This document shows positions 38,036 through 48,519 of a DNA stretch of 49,873 bases, piece by piece. The stretch covers positions 1-49,873 of the forward strand of contig JBBRPR010000061.1 of NCBI GenBank assembly GCA_038227875.1, written 5' to 3'. This DNA comes from Planctomycetota bacterium. Its GTDB lineage: Bacteria; Planctomycetota; SZUA-567; H5-PLA8. The translations under genes and the position numbers were made by a program. The notes beneath the pieces were generated by a model. That model saw nothing but the letters and a program-made list of their open reading frames with translations. It was not told the origin of the DNA and did no database searches. Position 1 is the first letter of the stretch; each line of letters begins with the position of its first letter.

Positions 38036-40447
38036 ATGGAAAATGATGACAGTCTACTTCTGACGCGATTGCGTTACGGCGAGAATGAGGCCGTCGGCGA
38101 CGCTTTCACACGCCACGGGCGCATGGTTTACAACGTGTGCTGCCGGGTGCTGCACGACCGTGCCGCGGCAGAGGACGCGTTGCAGGAGACGTTCCTGGTC
38201 CTGCATCGCAAAGCCACGATGCTCACCGCCAGCACGGTGCTGGCCAGTTGGCTGTATCGAACCGGGCAACTCGTTGCGCGCGACGCACTGCGATCGAAAT
38301 CGCGCCGGACGCGACGCGAACACACTATGGGAAATCAGACTGCCATGCCCAACGATCCGCCCGAGAAGGCGTGGGAGGAGATTTGTCCCCACATCGACGG
38401 AGTGCTCGCGGAATTGCCGGAACGATTGCGCGGCCCGATTGTGCTGATGTATCTGGAAGGCAAGAGCGTACGTGAGGCCGCCGAGCTATTGAAAGTGCCT
38501 GAAGGTACCGTCAAGAGCCGCGTTTTTCGCGGCCTCGAGGCGTTGCGCGCCCGCCTAACGCCGGCCACGGCGTCGCTCTCCGTCACCGCGCTGACCACGT
38601 TGCTGGCCGCGCATTCCAACGAACTTTTTGTACCGCTCGCCGTGCAAAACGCCGTATTGGAATCCGTACGCCGGCAACCGGCCATGGCCGTCAAATCGAA
38701 AGCCGCTCAGCACATGCTCGGAAAAGCGAGCGGCATCGGCGTGGTCGCGGCCCTGGCGCTGGTGAGCGTAATCGGCTACCGCCTCTTCACGACACCGGCT
38801 GCTGGCGTCCCCGTGCGTCCGGTGCTACCGGTTGCAACCGTCGCTCAAAGCGCGCCGCATACTTTTTACGTCAACCCGGCAGGCGACGATGCGAAAGACG
38901 GCACTTCGGCCGAAACGGCGTGGAGTTCATTGGCAAAAGTGAACGCGGCGGTGTTTGCGCCTGATGATCGAATTCTGTTTCAGCGTGGCGGCGAGTGGCG
39001 TGAGAGTTTGATTGCATCATCCAACGGCGCAGAGGGCAAGCCGATTGTATACGGCGCGTACGGCGTCGGAGCCAAGCCGAAGTTTCTCGGCAGTGAAATT
39101 CTGCGCAACGATCTGTTCCAAGCCGAGACGCCCGGGAATTACAGTTATGCGATCGCCAAGCCGGTTGGCGCCGTGCTGGTCGATCATGCCGCCGGGCCGG
39201 AAGGAAAATGGATCCTCCGCGCGGAGACAGGAAAACTGGAATCCGCCGACGGTTTGTTCGAATGGGTCGAGGGCCGTTTGCGCATCCATAGCGCCACCGA
39301 TCCGCGCAAGAATGGCCGCGTCTACACGGCTTGCGTTCGCGAAAACGCGATCTCTTCGAACGGCAAAAGTCACCTTGAATTCGACGATTTGTGCGCGGAC
39401 GAGACGGCGATCAACGAAGGCGCCGGTATCCGAATCGCCGGCGGATCGGATGTGCTGGTCGACCGCTGCGACGCCTTTCACGGCGGCGGTCGTTTAATTG
39501 CTGCGGTGAATGTGGATAAGTTCACCGGCCGCGGTCTGCATGCCGCCTATGCTCAGCCCAATCCGCAGCAGTCCTATTTTCTGATGTCCTATTGTGACTT
39601 GCAAGGAGCAACAGTATCGAACCGCTGGATTGACTGCATCAGCGATCATTGTGAGAACCCAACCCACCGCAATCATTTCGCGCTCTCCACTTCAGGGCCT
39701 GGTTTGGGTGTGATCAGTATCGAAAATCTGACCGCCAGCGAAGGTCAGGTTACTCTGGGTCACAACCTCTCTCCGAACTGGAACGATGCCGCGCATCCGT
39801 ATGCGATTCAATTTCACGGCGGCAAAATCGAGAACGCGCCGCTGGAGATCTTCGCCTGCCACATCCTCGTCGACGGCGTGACGATCAGCGGAGAGAATGG
39901 CTGCATCGATATGTTCGGCAGCGACAATGTCATTCAAAATACGCAGCTCGTAGACATCAGTCCGCGGAATGGTGGCACCACCGGTTATTCGACAGCGATT
40001 CTTTGCAGACAACAGGCGCGGAGAAACCTGATCCGGTATTGCACGGTGGTTGTGGCGGACGGCGCCAGTTGCCTGACCCTGGGCGGCCCGGGACTGTTGA
40101 CACAATGGTATGGAAATATTCTGATCAGTCCGAAACTCGTATTGAATTTCGACGGCACCGCGAATGCTCAGGATGTGGCGCAGGCGGATTACAATTTCTA
40201 CAGTCCCGATTCGCAATTCACATTGAAAGGACTTTCGTTGATTCAATGGCGGCAGAGCTTCGATTCACATTCGCTGTCCGGCGAACCGGCATTTACTCGT
40301 TCGGGGTCCGGAATTCTCAAGCCGCTGCCGCGCTCGCCGGCCTTGCACGCGCTGGAGATTCCTGAAGCCATGCGAATCCCGGCCGATATTCATGGCGCTC
40401 CGCGCAGCGGAAAGCTTTGCGATCTGGGCGCGTTCTCCGGAAATTAA
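38036..40447 (+). CDS. ECF sigma-70 factor fused to TM helix and beta-helix domain (ECF-3)
   Basis: AEDALQETF, SWL; LPERLR..LMYLEG.S..EAA.LL.VPEGTVKSR; TM; FYVNPAGDD..DGTS..AW beta-helix start; D..G..R....DLGAF (choice-of-anchor-Q-like) end. Confidence 0.92.
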   Translation: MENDDSLLLTRLRYGENEAVGDAFTRHGRMVYNVCCRVLHDRAAAEDALQETFLVLHRKATMLTASTVLASWLYRTGQLVARDALRSKSRRTRREHTMGNQTAMPNDPPEKAWEEICPHIDGVLAELPERLRGPIVLMYLEGKSVREAAELLKVPEGTVKSRVFRGLEALRARLTPATASLSVTALTTLLAAHSNELFVPLAVQNAVLESVRRQPAMAVKSKAAQHMLGKASGIGVVAALALVSVIGYRLFTTPAAGVPVRPVLPVATVAQSAPHTFYVNPAGDDAKDGTSAETAWSSLAKVNAAVFAPDDRILFQRGGEWRESLIASSNGAEGKPIVYGAYGVGAKPKFLGSEILRNDLFQAETPGNYSYAIAKPVGAVLVDHAAGPEGKWILRAETGKLESADGLFEWVEGRLRIHSATDPRKNGRVYTACVRENAISSNGKSHLEFDDLCADETAINEGAGIRIAGGSDVLVDRCDAFHGGGRLIAAVNVDKFTGRGLHAAYAQPNPQQSYFLMSYCDLQGATVSNRWIDCISDHCENPTHRNHFALSTSGPGLGVISIENLTASEGQVTLGHNLSPNWNDAAHPYAIQFHGGKIENAPLEIFACHILVDGVTISGENGCIDMFGSDNVIQNTQLVDISPRNGGTTGYSTAILCRQQARRNLIRYCTVVVADGASCLTLGGPGLLTQWYGNILISPKLVLNFDGTANAQDVAQADYNFYSPDSQFTLKGLSLIQWRQSFDSHSLSGEPAFTRSGSGILKPLPRSPALHALEIPEAMRIPADIHGAPRSGKLCDLGAFSGN

Positions 40448-40514
40448 GTCAACCTATCCTAACTGCACCAGGCAAATCCGACCGGCTTCCCTAATCTGAA
40501 ATACGTTCTAATTA

Positions 40515-40530
40515 TAGAAAGCGCTTCCCA
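40515..40530. promoter_or_regulatory. LacI-family/cre-like operator candidate
   Basis: TAGAAAGCGCTTCCCA near-palindrome centred on AAGCGCTT. Confidence 0.5.
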
Positions 40531-40544
40531 TAAATAAAAATCAG

Positions 40545-40579
40545 CAAATTGGCGGAACCAGACCTTGGTTCGTGGCCAT
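40545..40579 (+). promoter_or_regulatory. Candidate ECF promoter for the giant surface-protein gene
   Basis: CAAATT-ggc-GGAAC-N12-CGTGGCCAT. Confidence 0.7.
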
Positions 40580-40640
40580 TTATCGATGTCACACGGCTCA
40601 AAAGATCAGTTCCTATAGCGAAATTACTCGGAGGTCCACG

Positions 40641-43600
40641 ATGCGAAGGCGCGCCCTGCAAAATTGTTATCTACACTTACACGCTGTCCGGTTGGCGCTG
40701 TTGCTGTGCGCGTTAATAGGCGCGTCGGCTGGCGCGGCCGATTGGGATCCCAATCACAGCGTTAGCGGCGCAGGCAGCGGCGGAAGCGGCTGGTGGTTTC
40801 CGAGCGACGCGAATTGGTACCCGGGAACTGGATCCACCGACTTTGCCTGGACCCCCAATAGCGATGCGCTCTTTGCGGGTAACCCGGGTTGGGTCATGTT
40901 CGACTCCGTCAGCAACGGCCCGATCGCTGCGAATTCGATGACGTTTTCGAACGGAGGATGCTTTCTTTTAAATTCGAACGTAAATCGGAATTCGGTCGCC
41001 AATCCAATTCACACCCTAAACGTGTTCAATCTCAATTCCGGACTCTTGACGTATCATTGCAACTTCAGCAATACGAATCAGGGATCGGCAGATGCCGAGA
41101 CGTGGAACATTGGATCATTAAATGTGACCCAGGGCGCTGCGATGGCGTTTCTCATGAGCAACCTGGGCAACTACAAGTTTACCAATCAAGCCACAGTCAG
41201 CGTCGCCAATCGATTGACGCTTCCACTGTATGGAGCCAACGCCGCGTTCCTCAGGAATGTAACCCCAACACCGAATTACAACGTCAGTATTGTCCCGTGC
41301 ATGGTCTATCAAAAAGCGTTGCTGTTGCCGTGGTATTCGTTCGTGGGTTACGACGCTGCCGGCAACAGTCTTCGCGCGTTGTGCGGCGTAGCTCCATTTG
41401 GCATCGAAGAAAATATGCAGATGTACAATCAAATTCCAGGCACGTCCGCATTTGACAATATTCGCATTTCAACACCTCAAGCGGTGAATAGTCCGACGAC
41501 GATCAATTCGCTGGTGCTGGAAGGATGCGGGTACGACTATCCAGGAACCCGGAGCACTGCCGACGTTACCGGCAGCGGAGAGCTGACCGTCAGCAGCGGA
41601 GGAATTTTGTTCTTGAGGGGACCGGAGAATTTCTCAAATCCGGTCAAGTTTCCGCATGGAGTCGAAGGACGCCTCTTTGTCGGAAACAATCGTCCTTATG
41701 CTTCGTGGCAGAGCGAAGTCGGCAGCTATACAAATGTACCGACTATTCGCGCGGCATTCAGCGGCGATACCGGGCTGACGATTACTGCGCAGCCTTTCTA
41801 TAATATGGTCTACGATGCGCAGAAGGGTCGATACACCGTAACCACGCAATACGATCCCGATCCGATCACGCTGACCGGCAACAGCACGTATACAGGCATC
41901 ACGACCCTCAATGCTGCCGTAGTGAAAATGAGCATCCCGGCCAATTTCGGCAACAGCAGCATGATCGTGCTGAACGCCGGCACCTCGCTGTCTCCGACTG
42001 CCGACAATTTCTTGAGTGCGAGCCAGGGCCTGACGATGAATCCGGGTTCAATCCTGGATGCAGCGCACCGCACGACGACAGTTCACGACGTCGTGCTCAA
42101 CAGCGGTTCTGCGGGAATTGCAATCCATAGCAGCACTCAGCTGCATGCCAGCGGCAACGTTTTTCTCAATGGCGCAACGCTGAATTTCATCTTGGATTCG
42201 GAACCCTCCAGCGGTGCGACATTTCCGCTCATCACGGGCGCCGCCTCCGTGTCAGGCTCATTCACGCAAGGAAATACGCTGCAAACTTCGTTTAACGGCG
42301 GACCCCTGCATACTTTCGGAATCACTATTTCGACCAATAGCGTCGTATTGACGGAAGGTGGCAACGGAGGCAACACCGGCTACGCGGGAACGCCCTATGG
42401 TAACGGCGGCGCCGCCTGGCCCATCCCGGGATTGATTGATTTGACCAACTACGACAACGGCGGCAAGGATGTCGCCTTTCACGATAATGGAAACGACGGG
42501 CCGTTTAATCCATACGCCAATACGCAATTTGTCCGCGCCGACAACATCGTCCATATCGTCACCTACGGCGACATGCCTGGGGATCCCAAGGGCAACGGCT
42601 ATGCATTCGGCGCGCACAACGGCGGGGGTAACTGGCTGAAGTTCACCGTGAACGTGGCGCGCAGCGGCACGTACGACGTTCAGTTCCGTTATGCGAACGC
42701 AGATGATCTCGCGCATTTCCATGTTGAATTCGATGGAACCATGGTCGGCAATATCGTCGCATTGCCCATGGCGGGAAACTGGTCTTACTTTACCCCGATC
42801 CAGACTCTTGCCGGCGTAAACTTGACGGCCGGACAACACGTCATGCGGGTATTTGTTGAAAATGGAGATGGATCCAACGCGGCCCTGGTCATTCCCTGGC
42901 TGAATTTTGTCCAATCCGGCGGCGGCACTGGGCCCACGATTTCAACTCAACCTGCAAGCGTAACAGTCACGGCCCCCGGCACGGCCACATTCACAGTTGC
43001 TGCAAGCGGCAACGGCCCGCTCACCTATCAGTGGACGAAAAACGGAGTGAACATCTCCGGCGCAACCAGTTCCTCGTATACCACTCCAGCGACCACCGCC
43101 GGCGATAACGGTGAACTCTTTGCCGTGCTTGTCGGCGACTCCTCCGGAAGTGTGACGAGCAGCAACGCGACGCTGACCGTCTCGACTAACGGCGGTGGCG
43201 GACCCACGATAACTAATCAGCCCGCCAGTGTGTCGGTAACCGCACCTAACACGGCGACGTTCAGTGTGGCTGCGAGCGGCGGAACGGGCGCGCTCACGTA
43301 TCAGTGGACGAAAAACGGTGGGAACATCTCTGGAGCAACCAGTCCGTCATACACCACGCCGGCCACGACCACGTCCGATAGTGGTGAACTCTTTGCCGTC
43401 ATCGTCACCGATGCGACGGCGAAGAGCGTCACGAGCAGCAGCGCGACGCTCACCGTCACAGGCGGCGGAGGCGGCGGCGGTTCATCGTAAGGCAACAACG
43501 GCAATCCCTGGCCGATCCCAGGGCAGATCTTCTGCGACAATTACGACTCCGGTGGCGAAGGCGTAGGTTACCACGACACCACCAAGGGCGATGCGTACGG

Positions 43601-45770
43601 CGTGTCGTTCCGCAACGACGATGTCGATGTCGTCACCTGTAACGACGCCGCGCCGAATAACGGCAACTGCATCGGCGCGCCGGACGTTGGTGAATGGCTC
43701 AACTACTCGGTCGCTGTGGCGTCGACGGGGACCTACACGATTCAAGTCCGCGAAGCGGCCGGCAACGGCGGCGGCTTGATTCACATCAATATCGACGGCG
43801 TGCCGGTGACGACATCGATCTCGATGCCGAACACCGGAAACTGGAGCATCTGGTACACGGCTTCGGTGACCGGCGTGAATCTGACTGCCGGCCAGCACGT
43901 CATGCAGATCTATGCGGAATCCGGCGGGTTCCTGCTCAATTGGATCAATTTCACATTCACTGGCGGCGGCACCGTGCCAGTGATCACCAGCCCCACGACC
44001 GCCAGCGGAACCGTGGGACAGGCCTTCAACTACACCATCGTTGCGAGCATGAATCCGACAAGTTACACGCTGACTGGCACCTTGCCGGACGGATTGCAGT
44101 TCGATTCTGTTCACGGCGTGATCTCCGGCACACCGACGACCGCTGGAGGGCCGACCAACGTTACGTTGAAGGCAAACAATGCGTCGGGATCCAGCGCGCC
44201 CGTCACAGTTGGCATCACCATCGCAAACGCCATGAACCATCCGCCTGTTATTACTTCAGCGGCGCTGGCCACTCCGAATCGGGCAACCGTCGGACAGAGC
44301 GTTGCGTTCACGGTCGCCGCCTCTGATCCAGATGGAAACGCTTTGTACTATTCATGGGCGTTTGGAGATGGGACGAACGGCTCGGGAGCATCCGCCACCC
44401 ACGCTTACTCTGCCACCGGAAACTATTCAGCGATCGTTACGGTCTCCGATGGCTTGCTGTCGACAACCAGCAGTGTCGCGGTCACGATCACATCGGTCGT
44501 CCAGCCGCCAAGCATCGTGACGCAGCCGTCGAGTTTATCCGTGACGCTCGGCCAGACTGCCACATTTACTGTGGAAGTCAGCGGCACGGCGACGTTGACG
44601 TATCAATGGACTCGCAACGGCACGGCGATCTCGGGCGCGACCAACGCAACGTACACCACACCGGCCACAAGCATGGCCGACAGCGGCGCCGTCTTTGCCG
44701 TAACCGTTACCAATTCCGCTGGACATGTGACGAGCAACAACGCCACGCTCACCGTCAACAATGGCGGCGGCGGCACGCAGGGAACGTTTGCGAACAATGG
44801 CAATCCCTGGCCGGTTCCTGGCCTGATTTTCTGCGACAACTACAACACCGGCGGCGAGGGCGTTGCGTATCATTCGCTGCTCACTGCCAGCCCCTACGGT
44901 TACTTCTATAATCGCACGGACGGCGTGTCCCTGTATCCGACTCCTGACGCCGCGCCGACCAATGGTTTTAACGTGATCAATACGGCGCCCGGACAGTGGC
45001 TCAACTATACGATCAATGTGACCACGAGTGGAACGTACAGTATCCAAGTCCGCGAATCAGCGGCTAATGGCGGCGGCACGATTCATATTGAAGTCGACGG
45101 CGTTAATGTGACCGGACCGTTCTACATGCCGAATACCGGCAGCTACGCGATCTACTACACGGCGACCGCGACCGGCATCTCTTTGACCGCGGGACAGCAC
45201 GTGCTGCGAATAGTCGAAGAGAGCGGCGGGTACCAGTTGAACTGGATCAATATTGTTGCTCCAGTTGCGGCCGGCGCGACGAATGTCGTGGGCGCGGCAG
45301 GAAGCGCTTCCAATCCTTTGCCGATGACCGTGTCGAAAATGAAAGGCCTCACCAAGTCCGTCGGTGGTCGCGATCGTATTTCTGTCTCTGGAATCATTCC
45401 GAATGTTCCGAAAGGCTTCGATCCGAGCAAGAAGGTGCTCACCGCGGACATAGGCGGCGCTTCGATTTCGTTCACGTTGGACTCAACCGGACGCGGACAC
45501 AGCTCAAACGGTTCGGCATCGCTGAAATTCAAACCAGCCCTACGCAATAAGGCGTCGAAAAGGAATGAGTTCCAAGGCGGCAATGTCACCTTCACGATTC
45601 ATTTACAGAATGGCTCGTGGGCGGCGGGATGGGGACTCACGCCGGATGTGAATGGCGCCGGCAGCATGAACGTCGCCTCACTGCTGACCCTCGACGGCAC
45701 CGTCTACGCCGCTCAGGTACAGGTGAAGTACAAGGCCAAGGCAAAGATCGGTGGAACGTTTGGTAAGTGA
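40641..45770 (+). pseudogene. Giant secreted CBM6/Ig/PKD surface protein (~1709 aa) interrupted by one in-frame TAA
   Basis: ORFs 40572-43490 and 43602-45770 share a frame; SS*GNNGNPWPIPG continues seamlessly. Domains: signal peptide, autotransporter-associated strand repeat (LTGNSTYTGITTLN), 3 CBM6-like, 3 Ig, putative Ig, PKD, C-terminal domain. GGAGG RBS before ATG 40641. Confidence 0.85.
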
Positions 45771-45793
45771 GCGAATCGTGGCTTGGCTGAGGA

Positions 45794-47686
45794 GTGATTA
45801 AAACAATGGGGCCTCTTCAACTACCTCGATTGCATACTTCGTGCTGCCGCAATTGCCTCATGATCGCGTGTACCTTTTTAGTCGCATTCCGTGCGCTGGC
45901 GCAGACTCCGGTTGCAAATGCGCCGCAGCCGTTTGGCGGAACGCCGTGGCCTATTCCCGGTCTCATCTTTGCTACTAATTACGATTTGGGCGGGATGAAT
46001 GTGGGATTCTTCGATAATCAGAAGTTTGGGATGACTCACAACCCATACGACACGCATTACCGGGCTGACAATATTGTACATATCGTTCCGTGCGTCAACG
46101 ATCCCGTGAATAACGGCTTTGCGTTTGGCGAGCACGGTGGCACGGGCAATTGGATGAACTACACGGTTAGCATCACTGAAACGGGCGACTACACGATTCA
46201 AGTACGCTATTTGAACGGCCACGCGACCATATCTCATTTTCAATTGGATCTGGATGAGGCAAAGGTCTGCGAACCCATTGCCATACCTGCAACGGGCGGA
46301 TGGGGTAACGCGGAGACCTTGACCGTCACGGGCGTGAAACTGCAAGCCGGCCGGCGTGTCCTGAGAATTACCGTCCTTGATGACGGCGCCGATGGAGCAA
46401 TGGCGATCAATTGGCTGAATTTTATCTATACTAAAGGCGGACTTGGCGCACCGTCTATTACGAGCTCGAAAACCGCAATCGGCGCACCCGGACAGCCCTT
46501 TAATTTCATGACGGCAGCAACAAATAGTCCGGTTAAGTTCATACTTACAGGCGAATTGCCCGCGGGCCTTATTTTCAATCCCGCCACCGGCGTCATTTCC
46601 GGAATTCCGACCAACGCGGGAGCGAGCACTGTTTCAATTGTCGCCACTAACGATGCAGGCGCGAGTCAGGCCTGTCCACTTTCAATCGCGATCGGAGTCG
46701 AACCTCCACCACCGGGCACAACACCAAAAGGCGAAGCCTTGGTGGACGATGTCGACACACCAAAAAAGGCGTCCGCGCCCTCCGCGGTAAAAGTAGAACC
46801 TGCCGATCCGAAGAAGGACGCTGCGGAACCGGCCGCCGAGCAGTGCTGGCACGCCATCGTGGCGTATGCTCTGGAGGATAACTTTAGCCAACTCCGTTCC
46901 TCCACCGCAGCATTCAATCAGAAATTTGCGAGTACACGTCTCGCTCTAAGCAGAGCCGACGATGTGAAATTCATGTCGCGGTATGCCTCTGAAGGTTCGA
47001 ATCTCGCCAAAGGCGCCGCTGGCTGGTGGAAATTCGACGAGAGCAGCGGCACAGTTGCGGCCGATGCTTCCGGCCAACGCAACGCGGCGGCACTCAACCA
47101 ATCCACTTGGATTCACGGCATTCGAAAAGGCGCGCTGGAATTCGACGGCAAGAAAACATATGCGCTCGTGAATCACGCCGCGAGCCTCCAGTTCGGCGTC
47201 GGAGACGCCATGACGATCTGCGCCTGGATCAAACCTACGGCCATCAAGCCGACTGGGCAGACCATCGCCATTAAAGGGCGCACCGGACACGGCACACGCG
47301 TCAACTATTGTCTACGCATCCGCGACAAGCGCGTCGAGTTCTATTATCGCAACTTGAAAAATTCGGAATGGCACACGTACGAGACATCCGCCGATACGAT
47401 TGAGCCGAACACGTGGGTCCACATCGCCGTAACCCTGACGTTTGGAAAGGGAAATTCGATCAAGCTCTATGTCAACGGCAATGAAAAGAACGGCACGTGG
47501 GAGTTTGGAAACGGCAATGAGCCGCCATCGAATTCCGCCGAACCGATCTGGTTTGGCGCCGAATCCGAAGCCGCAAAGCCCGACGAATTATTCACAGGCG
47601 CCCTCGACGATATTCGCATCTACAGACGGATCTTGTCCATGGATGAGCTCAATATGTTGTATCGAATTGCTAAAATATCCGAATAG
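45794..47686 (+). CDS. Secreted CBM6-like + putative Ig + LamG-domain protein
   Basis: PWPIPG..NYDLGG CBM; LPAGLIFNPATGVISG Ig; GWWKFDE..DASG, WVHIAVT, LYVNG, FTGALDDIRIY LamG; GAGGAG near the start. Confidence 0.85.
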   Translation: MIKTMGPLQLPRLHTSCCRNCLMIACTFLVAFRALAQTPVANAPQPFGGTPWPIPGLIFATNYDLGGMNVGFFDNQKFGMTHNPYDTHYRADNIVHIVPCVNDPVNNGFAFGEHGGTGNWMNYTVSITETGDYTIQVRYLNGHATISHFQLDLDEAKVCEPIAIPATGGWGNAETLTVTGVKLQAGRRVLRITVLDDGADGAMAINWLNFIYTKGGLGAPSITSSKTAIGAPGQPFNFMTAATNSPVKFILTGELPAGLIFNPATGVISGIPTNAGASTVSIVATNDAGASQACPLSIAIGVEPPPPGTTPKGEALVDDVDTPKKASAPSAVKVEPADPKKDAAEPAAEQCWHAIVAYALEDNFSQLRSSTAAFNQKFASTRLALSRADDVKFMSRYASEGSNLAKGAAGWWKFDESSGTVAADASGQRNAAALNQSTWIHGIRKGALEFDGKKTYALVNHAASLQFGVGDAMTICAWIKPTAIKPTGQTIAIKGRTGHGTRVNYCLRIRDKRVEFYYRNLKNSEWHTYETSADTIEPNTWVHIAVTLTFGKGNSIKLYVNGNEKNGTWEFGNGNEPPSNSAEPIWFGAESEAAKPDELFTGALDDIRIYRRILSMDELNMLYRIAKISE

Positions 47687-47915
47687 AACTGCCGTGATCG
47701 CGGCTCACGACGCTTGAGCAAACCACTATCTCGATTCGCTTCGAACCGACATCCGCCATCTTTCCTTTCGCACCCACGTCTGGCTCATCGGTTTTTCGAC
47801 TGCGTGGCCATTTGCCTTTTGGAGATAAACATTTCCATTGTTCACGAGCTCCTTCACTGGATTGTTACATTCCGTTTACATCGCCCTCCTGATTTACAGT
47901 GTATCTTCTACTGGT

Positions 47916-48494
47916 AGCGAAGTTACGCGCGCGGCTGCCCGATCTGTTCGACCGATCAACTGGTGCTTCTGGGCCGTTACACCGGCGACCCGCCGCTAAA
48001 CTTCACACTCTCCGGAAACTACCTGGGTCAGGAACGTGCCTTCAAATTCAGTTTCCCGGTGGATGCCGCGACGACTCGAAATGCCTTCGTGCCCCGGCTC
48101 TGGGCCAGCCGCCGCATCGCGATACTGGTCGACGCCATCCGAGAATTGGGAGGCGAATCCAGGAAACCCGCGACCGATTCGCGCGTCAAATCTCCCGGCA
48201 GGAAGACGTAATGAACTACGGCAATGGATATCTGGATGAAAACCCGAATCGAGTTTCGGTCGCCGGCGTCCAACAGATCACGACCGGACGTTCTACCACC
48301 GCGACAACCGCTGGGTGGAAAGCCGCGTGCTCGGAGCGCAGGAGAAAGTGCAGCCCCGGAAGACGATCGCGTTCGACAGTGATGAATTTCTGAAGCTGGC
48401 TGAAAGACTCGCCGGCGAAGGCCGCGCGGGTTGTATTTCGCTGAGCGGCGAAGTGCTGCTCCAGGTCGACGGTGAAACGGTGCTGGTCAAATGA
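47916..48494 (+). pseudogene. 3' remnant of a VIT/vWA-type protein gene
   Basis: RLPDLFD/DQLVLLGRY..FVPRLWASRRI and QQI/DRTFYHRDNRWVES..FDSDEFLKL..VLVK* lie in shifting frames; 5' part absent. Confidence 0.75.
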
Positions 48495-48519
48495 AACACA
48501 CTCTAAAGAGGAGACCGTT

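Noticed and set aside
32378..43490. Stop-codon reassignment to explain internal TAG/TAA
   Set aside because: TAA, TAG and TGA all end clearly complete genes here (for example 32074, 21237, 7034); no suppressor tRNA seen.
47803..47811. Third CGTGGCCAT
   Set aside because: No GGAAC at the required distance upstream.
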